This document shows, in pieces, positions 10,713 to 18,954 of a stretch of 64,000 nucleotides of DNA. Position numbers and translations under genes: made by a program. This DNA is from Eubacteriales bacterium (GTDB lineage: Bacteria > Bacillota > Clostridia > Oscillospirales > CAG-272). The stretch's first letter is position 1. Each line of letters starts with the position of its first letter. The stretch lies in contig JAZQWL010000043.1 of assembly GCA_045632305.1 (NCBI GenBank), forward strand, positions 917-64,916, read 5' to 3'. The notes below the pieces were generated by a model, which was not told the DNA's origin, ran no database searches, and saw only the letters and a program-made list of their open reading frames with translations.

Positions 10713-10744
10713 AAAAACGCGCCGCGGGAGCGGTGCGTTTTTTT
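10713..10744. terminator. Bidirectional intrinsic terminator
   Basis: AAAAACGCGCCGC-GGGA-GCGGTGCGTTTTTTT between convergent genes. Confidence 0.8.
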
Positions 10745-10773
10745 ATGGAATTGTTCCTCTCTTTAAAATTTCA

Positions 10774-11427
10774 TCACTCAGCAAACCAATATTTTGGTAC
10801 GCCATATCTATATTCAATTCTTATATCCTTAACATATTCTAAATCTGATAATGTTTTTAAGAAAGCATAGTCTTTGTAGAATTCATTGATTGCAACAGAT
10901 AAATTTTCTTCCGAATGTTTATATACAAAAAACAACTCGGGAGTAGCTTCACATAACTCAAAATGCTTAACGGATAATTTATGGCTATACTCATCAAAGA
11001 AGGCGGCGTTTAAAGATTTATAATCTTTGTCTGTACTTGATTTGTACCACTCCTCACCGTAAGCAAGATTATAATTGCAGTAAACAGTAATAAATATTGA
11101 TGATTGAGGCAAAACACCGTCGGCGTTCAGCCACTTTTCTTTATTTTTATAATAGACATCTTGGTATGCAATGAAAAAAATAATTTTTTCGTTTTCAACC
11201 GAGTCATCTTGCATATCGGCAAAAAAGCTTGTTAACTCATCATTGTTTTCATCAACAATTCTAACTAAGGTGGTTGAATCCTCCATCGGCTCTTCCGTAT
11301 AGGGCGCGCCGTTTAAATACACGTTTTGTGATTGACCCTCGTCAGAGTTATCCCCAAGCTCCTCACATGCTACAAAGCAAAGCGTGAGGGCAAAAATTAA
11401 AGTTAAAATTAAAATAAGCTTTTTCAT
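10774..11427 (-). CDS. Hypothetical lipoprotein (AT-rich orphan)
   Basis: MKKLIL... signal peptide with lipobox FVA-C; AAAGGA RBS; visibly more AT-rich than its neighbours. Confidence 0.75.
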   Translation of the reverse strand: MKKLILILTLIFALTLCFVACEELGDNSDEGQSQNVYLNGAPYTEEPMEDSTTLVRIVDENNDELTSFFADMQDDSVENEKIIFFIAYQDVYYKNKEKWLNADGVLPQSSIFITVYCNYNLAYGEEWYKSSTDKDYKSLNAAFFDEYSHKLSVKHFELCEATPELFFVYKHSEENLSVAINEFYKDYAFLKTLSDLEYVKDIRIEYRYGVPKYWFAE

Positions 11428-11465
11428 ATAAAACCGTCCTTTCGTAACAAATTTAAACTGATACT

Positions 11466-11514
11466 AAAAAAGCGCACAAGTAGCACTGCTATATAGCAGT
11501 CCGACTTGTACGCA
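11466..11514 (-). terminator. Attenuator terminator in the 5' leader of the lipoprotein gene
   Basis: Minus strand GCGTACAAGTCGGACTGCTA-TA-TAGCAGTGCTACTTGTGCGC followed by TTTTTT. Confidence 0.75.
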
Positions 11515-11607
11515 TCAAAAATTAATTTTCAGTTGTCCCCGTTCAAAATGGAAAGAGCAATCTTTATTTTGCGCAAAGTCGAACTGCTTGAGCTTATAAA
11601 AAATCAT
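11515..11607 (-). CDS. Putative 30-aa leader peptide MIFYKLKQFDFAQNKDCSFHFERGQLKINF
   Basis: Strong GGAGGTG SD (11613-11619); the stop codon abuts the terminator hairpin; below the ORF-track cutoff. Confidence 0.65.
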   Translation of the reverse strand: MIFYKLKQFDFAQNKDCSFHFERGQLKINF

Positions 11608-11650
11608 AATTGCACCTCCGTTTTTTATTTGGTATGTTTTTCCTGTTAAT

Positions 11651-11679
11651 ATTATATCATATTTCTGATGTGGTGTCAA
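11651..11679 (-). promoter_or_regulatory. Consensus sigmaA promoter for the leader peptide and lipoprotein
   Basis: Minus strand TTGACA-17 nt-TATAAT with a TG extension. Confidence 0.85.
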
Positions 11680-11692
11680 TAACCCTTTAAAT

Positions 11693-11724
11693 AAAAAAGA
11701 CGGATGAATTTCATCCGTCTTTTT
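11693..11724 (-). terminator. Intrinsic terminator after the NUDIX gene
   Basis: AAAAAAGACGGATGAA-TTTCATCCGTCTTTTT dyad with A/T tails on both sides. Confidence 0.8.
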
Positions 11725-12183
11725 TTATGCGTTATTAGCTTGCATTGCAAGTCGCTTCCGTCTTCTCGCTCTCTTGCGGTCGACGTATTCGATCGCGTTG
11801 CGAAGAACGTATTTGTCGTTTTCGTGGGTGAGATAGCTTTCGGCGTTCTTTAAGGGAACCCATTCAACCTCGGCAACCTCGCCCTGCTGTGGGATGGCAT
11901 TCGTATATTTACTGTAAGCCAAGAAATAAACGACTTCCTTCTTTACGCCCGGCATAGGACTGTAGAAAACGTTGTGTCTGAATTTTTCGTGAATATGGAT
12001 CCTGATGCTCGTTTCCTCAAAAACCTCGCGCTCGGCTGTCATTTTTTCACTTTCGCCCGCTTCCACGTGTCCCTTCGGGAAGGATCTGTGTCCGCCGCTT
12101 ACGTGCTTGATCATTAAAATCTGCGCTTCGTCCTGCTCGTCAAAATGAATGACAAGCGCGCCGCATGATTTTTCAAAAGTCAT
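11725..12183 (-). CDS. NUDIX hydrolase (Ap4A hydrolase-like)
   Basis: EKSCGA N-terminus and Nudix box PKGHVEAGESEKMTAEREVFEET. Confidence 0.88.
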   Translation of the reverse strand: MTFEKSCGALVIHFDEQDEAQILMIKHVSGGHRSFPKGHVEAGESEKMTAEREVFEETSIRIHIHEKFRHNVFYSPMPGVKKEVVYFLAYSKYTNAIPQQGEVAEVEWVPLKNAESYLTHENDKYVLRNAIEYVDRKRARRRKRLAMQANNA

Positions 12184-12250
12184 TTATCTCACCCCCATTT
12201 GCTTTGCTATCCGCAAAGAGCGAGGGGCTCTTTGCGGCTTTGTATTTTAA

Positions 12251-15214
12251 TTATCTTTCTATTTCTTCCATTACGAAGGCCTCAAGAATATCGCCTACGC
12301 GGATATCGTTGAACTTTTCAAGACCGATACCGCATTCGTAACCCTGAGCAACTTCCTTGGCGTCATCCTTGAATCTCTTGAGCGAGGAGATCTTATCCTC
12401 GAAGATCACGATACCGTCACGAACAACTCTGATCTGGGAGTTACGTGTGATCTTACCGTCAAGGATATAAGAGCCCGCGATAGTACCGACACCGGGAACG
12501 TGGATCGTCTGTCTGACCTCGGAGTGACCAAGGAGATTTTCACGGAACTTAGGAGCGAGCATACCCTTCATAGCTGCCTCGATTTCCTCGATGCACTGGT
12601 AGATTACGCGATAAGTTCTGAGATCAACGCCCTGACGCTCGGCTGAGTCAAGCGCCGCCTTGTCGGGTCGAACGTTAAAGCCAACAATGATAGCGTTGGA
12701 AGCCGCCGCGAACATAACGTCACCCTCTGTGATACCGCCCGCTGCGGAGTGGATTACTCTTACCTTAACTTCTTCGTTTGTGAGCTTTTCAAGAGAAGCG
12801 CGAACTGCTTCAGCAGAGCCGCCAACGTCCGCCTTGACGATAACGTTAAGTTCCTTAACGCCGTCGGAGATCTGAGCAAAGAGATCGTTGAGGTTTGCTC
12901 TCGCATTTGCACGGAATACCTCTTCCTTCGCCTCTGCACGTCTCTGATCAGCAAGAGTTCTTGCCATTCTTTCGTCTTCAACCGCCGCGAAGTCATCACC
13001 TGCCATGGGAACCTCAGCAAGACCGATAATTTCTACGGGAACGGAGGGAGCTGCCGCCTTAACCACCTTACCGTTGTGGTCTGTCATAGCTCTCACACGA
13101 CCTACTGCAGTACCTGCGATAACGATGTCACCGTTTCTGAGTGTACCGTTCTGAACGAGAACTGTTGCAACAGGACCACGTCCCTTATCAAGCTTCGCTT
13201 CGATTACGATACCCTTAGCTCTGCGGTTGGGGTTTGCCTTGAGTTCCTTAACCTCTGCTACGAGAAGCACGTTCTCAAGGAGGTCTTCGATACCCATTCC
13301 AGTGAGAGCGGATACGGGAACGCAGATAACGTCGCCGCCCCATTCCTCGGGAACAAGGTCATATTTTGTAAGCTCCTGCTTAACCGCGTCGGGGTTAGCT
13401 GTGGGCTTATCCATCTTATTAATAGCTACGATAATGTCAATGCCTGCCGCCTTTGCGTGGTTGATTGCCTCAACCGTCTGGGGCATGATACCGTCGTCAG
13501 CCGCAACTACGAGAATTGCGATATCCGTTGCCTGCGCGCCTCTTGCACGCATAGCTGTAAATGCTTCGTGACCGGGAGTGTCAAGGAACGTAAGGTTCTC
13601 GCCGTTTACGTTTACTCTGTAAGCACCGATGTGCTGAGTAATACCGCCCGCTTCGCCGCGAGTTACGTTTGTATGACGGATAGCGTCGAGAAGTGAGGTC
13701 TTACCGTGGTCAACGTGACCCATAACGCAAACTACGGGAGCGCGTGTGATAAGGTTCTCGGGTGTGTCCTCTTCCTCGTTGAAGAGCTTTTCTTCGATAG
13801 TGACAACTACTTCCTTTGAGGGAATTGCGCCAAGCTCGTCTGCAACGATTGCCGCCGTATCATAGTCGATAGTCATGTTGGCAGTTACCATCATGCCGAG
13901 AAGCATAAGACGCTTGATAACCTCGCCTGTAGTAACCTTGAGAAGAGCCGCAAAATCGGAAACCATGATCTCTTCGGGAATGGAAATCTGAAGAGGCGCC
14001 TTCTTTACGGGAGCGGCGGGTGCCTTCTTGTCGTTCTTCTTATTATTCTTCTGCTTGAAGTTTTCCTGGCGGCTCTGATTCTGCTGCTTCTTGAGCTTCT
14101 GGTTGCCGCCACCCATATATTCTCTTGAATCCTCGGATACGAAGGTGTCGAGCTTTTCGTCGTACTTGGAAAGGTCAACGGAGTTTGTTCTCATATCAAC
14201 GATACGAGCCGCGCCTTTCTTCTGTGTGCCGTCGCCGCCCTTGGGTGTCTGCTCGCGAACGATATGCTGGGGCTGGAACTTTTCCTTGGGAGCGGAAGGA
14301 ACGTAATCTTCCTTGTCCATACCCATATTTCCCTTCTGATTAAAGGGCTTGTTCTGGGGCTTTCTATCGTCGCGTCTGTCTGTCTTGGGCGCGCCGAAGG
14401 AAGGTGCCTTCGCAAAGCGGTCGAACTTATTATCGTTACCCTGGGGCTTGTTATCGGGTCTCGCCTCGGGTCTTGTATAGGGCTTTTCACCTCTTGTATC
14501 GGGTCTTGCCTCAGGTCTTGTATCAGGTCTTGTCTGGGGCTTTCTGTCGCCTCTGTCAAACTGGGGCTTGCCGTCTCTTGCGGGACGGTCTGCGGGCTTG
14601 CTTTCCGCGTTGCCTCTTGCCTGTGCCTTTTCTCTTGCCGCCTTTTCGATTGCAGCGGCGCGCGCGATAGCTGCGGCTCTGTCAACTGTATTCTGGGGCT
14701 TCTTGGGCTCGGGCTTTGTCTCTGCCTTAGCTTCTGCTCGGGGCTCGGGCTTTGATTCAACCTTCACTTCGGGTTTTGATTCAACCTTCACTTCGGGCTT
14801 TGATTCAACCTTCACTTCGGGCTTTGATTCAACCTTCACTTCGGGCTTTACCTCAACCTTTGCTTCGGGCTTTGCTTCAACCTTTACCTCGGCCTTGGGC
14901 TCGGGCTTTGCTTCAACCTTTGCCTCAACCCTTGCCTCGACCTTAACCTCTTCGGCAGACGAGGGCTCTTCCTTTGCGGGCGCTTTATTCAATTTTGAGG
15001 GAATGGATGTGACTCCGTCAATGTAGTCATCGATGCCGGAAATCTGATGTCTCTTTGTCAACGTATTGAAGATAACGTCAAATTCGTGAGACGTGAGCGC
15101 CTTTGTGCCCTTGGCATCAAATCCCTTCTCGGACATTAAGTCCGTTATATCCTTGTTCTTCAATTCTAAATCCTTTGCAAGCTGATTGGTTTTGATTTGA
15201 AGTTTTACTGCCAT
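12251..15214 (-). CDS. infB: Translation initiation factor IF-2
   Basis: [16 protein letters not shown] and NKMD G-domain motifs; long low-complexity N-terminal linker. Confidence 0.98.
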   Translation of the reverse strand: MAVKLQIKTNQLAKDLELKNKDITDLMSEKGFDAKGTKALTSHEFDVIFNTLTKRHQISGIDDYIDGVTSIPSKLNKAPAKEEPSSAEEVKVEARVEAKVEAKPEPKAEVKVEAKPEAKVEVKPEVKVESKPEVKVESKPEVKVESKPEVKVESKPEPRAEAKAETKPEPKKPQNTVDRAAAIARAAAIEKAAREKAQARGNAESKPADRPARDGKPQFDRGDRKPQTRPDTRPEARPDTRGEKPYTRPEARPDNKPQGNDNKFDRFAKAPSFGAPKTDRRDDRKPQNKPFNQKGNMGMDKEDYVPSAPKEKFQPQHIVREQTPKGGDGTQKKGAARIVDMRTNSVDLSKYDEKLDTFVSEDSREYMGGGNQKLKKQQNQSRQENFKQKNNKKNDKKAPAAPVKKAPLQISIPEEIMVSDFAALLKVTTGEVIKRLMLLGMMVTANMTIDYDTAAIVADELGAIPSKEVVVTIEEKLFNEEEDTPENLITRAPVVCVMGHVDHGKTSLLDAIRHTNVTRGEAGGITQHIGAYRVNVNGENLTFLDTPGHEAFTAMRARGAQATDIAILVVAADDGIMPQTVEAINHAKAAGIDIIVAINKMDKPTANPDAVKQELTKYDLVPEEWGGDVICVPVSALTGMGIEDLLENVLLVAEVKELKANPNRRAKGIVIEAKLDKGRGPVATVLVQNGTLRNGDIVIAGTAVGRVRAMTDHNGKVVKAAAPSVPVEIIGLAEVPMAGDDFAAVEDERMARTLADQRRAEAKEEVFRANARANLNDLFAQISDGVKELNVIVKADVGGSAEAVRASLEKLTNEEVKVRVIHSAAGGITEGDVMFAAASNAIIVGFNVRPDKAALDSAERQGVDLRTYRVIYQCIEEIEAAMKGMLAPKFRENLLGHSEVRQTIHVPGVGTIAGSYILDGKITRNSQIRVVRDGIVIFEDKISSLKRFKDDAKEVAQGYECGIGLEKFNDIRVGDILEAFVMEEIER
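14745..14888. repeat. In-frame 24-bp tandem repeat within infB (EVKVESKP)
   Basis: TCGGGCTTTGATTCAACCTTCACT in four near-identical and two degenerate copies. Confidence 0.9.
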
Positions 15215-15250
15215 ACGGTTTTTGGTCCTTTCATAATAGACAAAAATTCT

Positions 15251-15574
15251 TTAGTTTATTTTAGCTTCAACGCCTCGGCACATGTCCGCGCCGAGAATTG
15301 CAACTGCCGCTATCGCGCTCTTTCCGAGAGATGCGCCAAGCTCACAGCACGTTGCATTGATACGAACGTGTCGTATATTGTAATAAGTGCATTTATCCGA
15401 CAGCTTTTTGTGAGTGTTATCCGAGGTGTCGCTCGCCTCAAGCACCAAAAACTCGTCGGGAGAGATGATTTTCTTTTTCTGTATGTGCTCGATTATCATG
15501 GGCGCGCCGATAATTATTCTGCCGCTCTTTTTTGCGATGCCGAGCATTGATAGAAGTCGTTTGTTGTCTTCCAT
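15251..15574 (-). CDS. ylxQ: L7Ae-family RNA-binding protein (YlxQ-like)
   Basis: LGIAKKSG, ASDTS and ELGASLGK motifs; lies between ylxR and infB. Confidence 0.8.
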   Translation of the reverse strand: MEDNKRLLSMLGIAKKSGRIIIGAPMIIEHIQKKKIISPDEFLVLEASDTSDNTHKKLSDKCTYYNIRHVRINATCCELGASLGKSAIAAVAILGADMCRGVEAKIN

Positions 15575-15576
15575 TT

Positions 15577-15858
15577 TTATACCTTACCTGCCGTAGATTC
15601 GAGCGAGGCCTCCATTGAATCGTAAACCTCTTCAGGGATTGTTACTCCGAGAGTTGCGTCGATCCGCTTGGATTTTCTTGCTTTTTTAAGGCATGCCGCC
15701 GACGGGCATATATATGCGCCACGTCCCGATTTTTTTCCTGTGAAATCAAGGGAAATATTTCCTTCGGGATCGCGTACCACACGAAGAAGCTCGCGCTTCG
15801 GCTTGTGCTCGTTACAGCCAAGGCACTGTCTTTCGGGAATCTTCTTTATCTTTTGCAT
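15577..15858 (-). CDS. ylxR: YlxR (RnpM) family RNA-binding protein
   Basis: PERQCLGC and GRGAYIC motifs; operon position. Confidence 0.92.
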   Translation of the reverse strand: MQKIKKIPERQCLGCNEHKPKRELLRVVRDPEGNISLDFTGKKSGRGAYICPSAACLKKARKSKRIDATLGVTIPEEVYDSMEASLESTAGKV

Positions 15859-15885
15859 AATGAACCCCGTTTATGTTTTTATATA

Positions 15886-16941
15886 TCAGATATCCTCGGG
15901 AAGGGGCTTTTCCGCGCCTTCTGCGTTAATATCGATCTTAAGGCCCGTAAGCTTTGCAGCAAGACGAACGTTCTGACCCTCCTTACCGATAGCGAGGGAG
16001 AGCTGATCTGCGGATACGATAACGCGGCAGAATCTTTCGCCAACCATTTCCGCGGAAATAACGGATGCGGGGGACAATGCTTCGCTTACGTACTTTTCGG
16101 GAAGCTCGTTGTACTTGATGATGTCGATCTTTTCACCGCCAAGCTCGTTTACGATGCTCTCGATTCTCATACCGTGAGCGCCGATACATGCGCCTACCGC
16201 GTCAACGCTGTCGTCTCTGGAGTAAACTGCGATCTTTGTTCTTGAGCCCGCCTCACGGGAGATTCCCTTGATGAGAACCACGCCGTCGGCAATTTCGGGA
16301 ACCTCAAGCTCGAAAATACGGCGTACAAGACCGGGATGAACGCGGGAGAGAGTTACAAGCGGGCCCTTAAGCTCCTTGTTAACCTCCTGAACGAACACCT
16401 TGATCTTATCGTCAACGTAGTACTCCTCGCCGGGGATCTGCTCGCTCTTGAGAAGAACTGCGCGGCCCGTACCTGTGTCAACTACGATATTGCCACTTTC
16501 ACGGTCAACCTTCAAAACTGTCGCTGTGATGATCTCGCCTCTCTTGGATTCGTATGCTTCCTGCATTGCCTTATGTTCACCCTCGCGGATGCCCTGAATG
16601 ATAACGGACTTAGCGGCTGCTGCGGAAAGACGGCGGAAATCCTTTGTCTTAACCTCTGTCTCGAAGATCTGACCGAGCTTGTATCTCTTGCTCTTTGCCT
16701 TTGCGTCCTCAAGGGAGATCTGTGTTGCTACATCCTCAACCACCTCAACGATCTCCTTCTGCAAGTAAACCTTAACGTCCTTCTTTACAGGGTCGATGTT
16801 TACTCTCATATTTGTGTTGTTGCCGTATTCCTTCTTGAAAGCGGAAACAAGCGCTGCTTCGATCTTTTCCATCATGTAGGTCTGGGGAATGCCCTTCTCC
16901 TTTTCGAGAAGCTCAAGGGCTGTAAAAAATTCTGCGTTCAT
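15886..16941 (-). CDS. nusA: Transcription termination factor NusA
   Basis: S1 and two KH domains (REAGSRTKIAV, AIGKEGQNVRLA). Confidence 0.96.
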   Translation of the reverse strand: MNAEFFTALELLEKEKGIPQTYMMEKIEAALVSAFKKEYGNNTNMRVNIDPVKKDVKVYLQKEIVEVVEDVATQISLEDAKAKSKRYKLGQIFETEVKTKDFRRLSAAAAKSVIIQGIREGEHKAMQEAYESKRGEIITATVLKVDRESGNIVVDTGTGRAVLLKSEQIPGEEYYVDDKIKVFVQEVNKELKGPLVTLSRVHPGLVRRIFELEVPEIADGVVLIKGISREAGSRTKIAVYSRDDSVDAVGACIGAHGMRIESIVNELGGEKIDIIKYNELPEKYVSEALSPASVISAEMVGERFCRVIVSADQLSLAIGKEGQNVRLAAKLTGLKIDINAEGAEKPLPEDI

Positions 16942-16997
16942 TAGAATTTGATCCTTTCAAAAACAATATATATGTGAAATTTTATTTTACTTGTTTA

Positions 16998-17480
16998 TCA
17001 GTCGCCAAAGTCGAATATTGTTCCGATCTTTGCGATTTTGTCTCTTGCGAATTCAACGCTCTCGCCGTTTACACAAACGACTACGTTGCCTTCCTCGGTA
17101 AGTCCTTCAAGCACGCCGAAAAACTGCTTCTGTCCGTTCATAGGAGCGAAAAGACGAACCTCAACGTCCCAGTCAACGCAAGCCAAAATATGCTCATCGC
17201 ACTTGAGGTCGCGCTCGATACCGGGAGAGGAAACCTCGAGAATGTATGCGTCGGGAATGGGGTCTGCTTCGTCAAGAAGAGGATCGATGCCGCGGTGGAA
17301 TTTTTCGCAGTCCTCGATATTGATGCCTTCCTCGTTGTCGATAGTAATGCGCAAATATCTGTCCGCGCCTTCCTTTACGAATTCAACATCCCAAAGGTAA
17401 TATCCCATTTCCTCTGCCAAGGGGGAAATGAGCGCTCTCACTGTGGATGCTACGTTCTTTGTTTCTCTGTTGTTTTTCAT
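16998..17480 (-). CDS. rimP: Ribosome maturation factor RimP
   Basis: YILEVSSPGIER motif; ATG at 17480 with a GGAG RBS. Confidence 0.93.
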   Translation of the reverse strand: MKNNRETKNVASTVRALISPLAEEMGYYLWDVEFVKEGADRYLRITIDNEEGINIEDCEKFHRGIDPLLDEADPIPDAYILEVSSPGIERDLKCDEHILACVDWDVEVRLFAPMNGQKQFFGVLEGLTEEGNVVVCVNGESVEFARDKIAKIGTIFDFGD

Positions 17481-17513
17481 AATAAAAGCAATTTCTCCCA
17501 AACAAAAATTTTA

Positions 17514-17535
17514 GAGCGGATTTGTGAACCCGCTC
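17514..17535 (-). promoter_or_regulatory. rimP 5' leader hairpin
   Basis: GAGCGGG-TTCACAAA-TCCGCTC hairpin between the promoter and rimP, resembling the known RimP-leader stem. Confidence 0.55.
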
Positions 17536-17560
17536 CTTCCATACTGTATCATGCTGACTT

Positions 17561-17589
17561 ATTATAGCACACTTTTTTTGCGATTGCAA
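17561..17589 (-). promoter_or_regulatory. sigmaA promoter of the rimP-nusA-infB operon
   Basis: Minus strand TTGCAA-17 nt-TATAAT with a TG extension. Confidence 0.75.
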
Positions 17590-17703
17590 TACCTTTTTAA
17601 AATTTTTTTGAATTTTTTGAAAATTTCCTTCACTCCGTCCTTTGTACAAGCCATTTAAATATAATATTATTGAAGAAATTTTTGTTAAAAAAGTCCAAAA
17701 CTG

Positions 17704-17732
17704 TTTACAAACCTATATATTTGTGATATAAT
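17704..17732 (+). promoter_or_regulatory. sigmaA promoter of the yybS-gdpP-rplI-dnaB operon
   Basis: TTTACA-17 nt-TATAAT with a TG extension. Confidence 0.7.
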
Positions 17733-17799
17733 AATATAATGTATAATAGTCGAAATATGTCCTTTGAAGGAATGATATGACAGAAGGGAGGCGGCAAGC

Positions 17800-18942
17800 T
17801 TGGATAACAAGATAAAGAGCATGGAAAAAAATAAATATCTTGCGGCTTTGTGCGCGCTTTTACTTGGCGCGGTGTATTCCCCGCTTGCGATTTCGGGTAA
17901 GATCCCTGTTGATCAGCTTTCCTCCCTCGTGTCGATAATCGCGTTCGCTCTGCTCATAATCGGAGCGAAGAGGATCTCGAGCGTGCTTCCCGCTGCGATC
18001 ATATACTTTTTGATTTACGCGGCTACCGCATCCCATCTTATCGGAAGTATTGTGATACTCGTATTCACGATCGCGAGTCTTGCGGCGAACGAGCTGATCT
18101 TAAGTCGCGGTAACGTATGGAAGATGATTTCTGTCTTCGCGTTCCTGCCCGTGTCCGTAGTCGCGGCGTATTTCCTTTCGGGAACGTTGCTTGCTATGAT
18201 AATTGCGGCAATCCCCTTCATTTTGGCGACGCTTCTCTGGATGGGTATAAAATTCAAGAAAAACAGAAAGACCGTAATAATTCACCTCACCTTCGGGCTT
18301 GTTCTCATGGCTTTAATAGGGCTTGCGTGCTACATGCTTGCGCTTGGTAAGAGCTTTACGGATATGCGCGAGGCGTTTATTTCCTCAAGGGATGCGCTTA
18401 TGAACTATATTCTCTCGTATTCCGTCGAGATGAACGGCGAGACGGTCGCTCTCATTGGCGACGCTGATTTAGCAAGAGAATTATTCCTTTCAGCGTCGAA
18501 TTCCCTGCCAGCTGTTATTGTTATAGCGTTTATTACAGTTTCGTATTTTCTTTACGGTTATCAAAGCTCGATGCTCGAAAAATTCGGCGGCATCGAATAT
18601 ATCACCGAGGATATTACACAGATAAAAATAAGCGCAGCTGCGGCGGCGACCTACCTTATCGCCTTCGTGTTCTCGATAACTACGGATTCATACGGCGGCG
18701 AGCCCTTCGGTTCGGTCGTGTGTAAAAACCTGTATATGATCCTGACGCCCGCTCTGGTTTATGCGGGATTTACGTCGGTGAGAAATTTCATTATAAAGAA
18801 AAAGATCCGCATAGGATTTCTTCTCTTACTCCCTCTGGTTTTGATTGCCATGACGGGATATCTGCTTATGGCTCTGTCGCTTGTAGGTATTATATGTATA
18901 TTTGCCGCAAGTGCGAGAGAATGGGCAGCAAAAAAGGATTAA
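17800..18942 (+). CDS. Polytopic membrane protein, YybS/DUF2232-like
   Basis: Many transmembrane segments; conserved position upstream of gdpP-rplI-dnaB; TTG start after GGAGG. Confidence 0.65.
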   Translation: MDNKIKSMEKNKYLAALCALLLGAVYSPLAISGKIPVDQLSSLVSIIAFALLIIGAKRISSVLPAAIIYFLIYAATASHLIGSIVILVFTIASLAANELILSRGNVWKMISVFAFLPVSVVAAYFLSGTLLAMIIAAIPFILATLLWMGIKFKKNRKTVIIHLTFGLVLMALIGLACYMLALGKSFTDMREAFISSRDALMNYILSYSVEMNGETVALIGDADLARELFLSASNSLPAVIVIAFITVSYFLYGYQSSMLEKFGGIEYITEDITQIKISAAAAATYLIAFVFSITTDSYGGEPFGSVVCKNLYMILTPALVYAGFTSVRNFIIKKKIRIGFLLLLPLVLIAMTGYLLMALSLVGIICIFAASAREWAAKKD

Positions 18943-18954
18943 GGAGGCGTAAAT

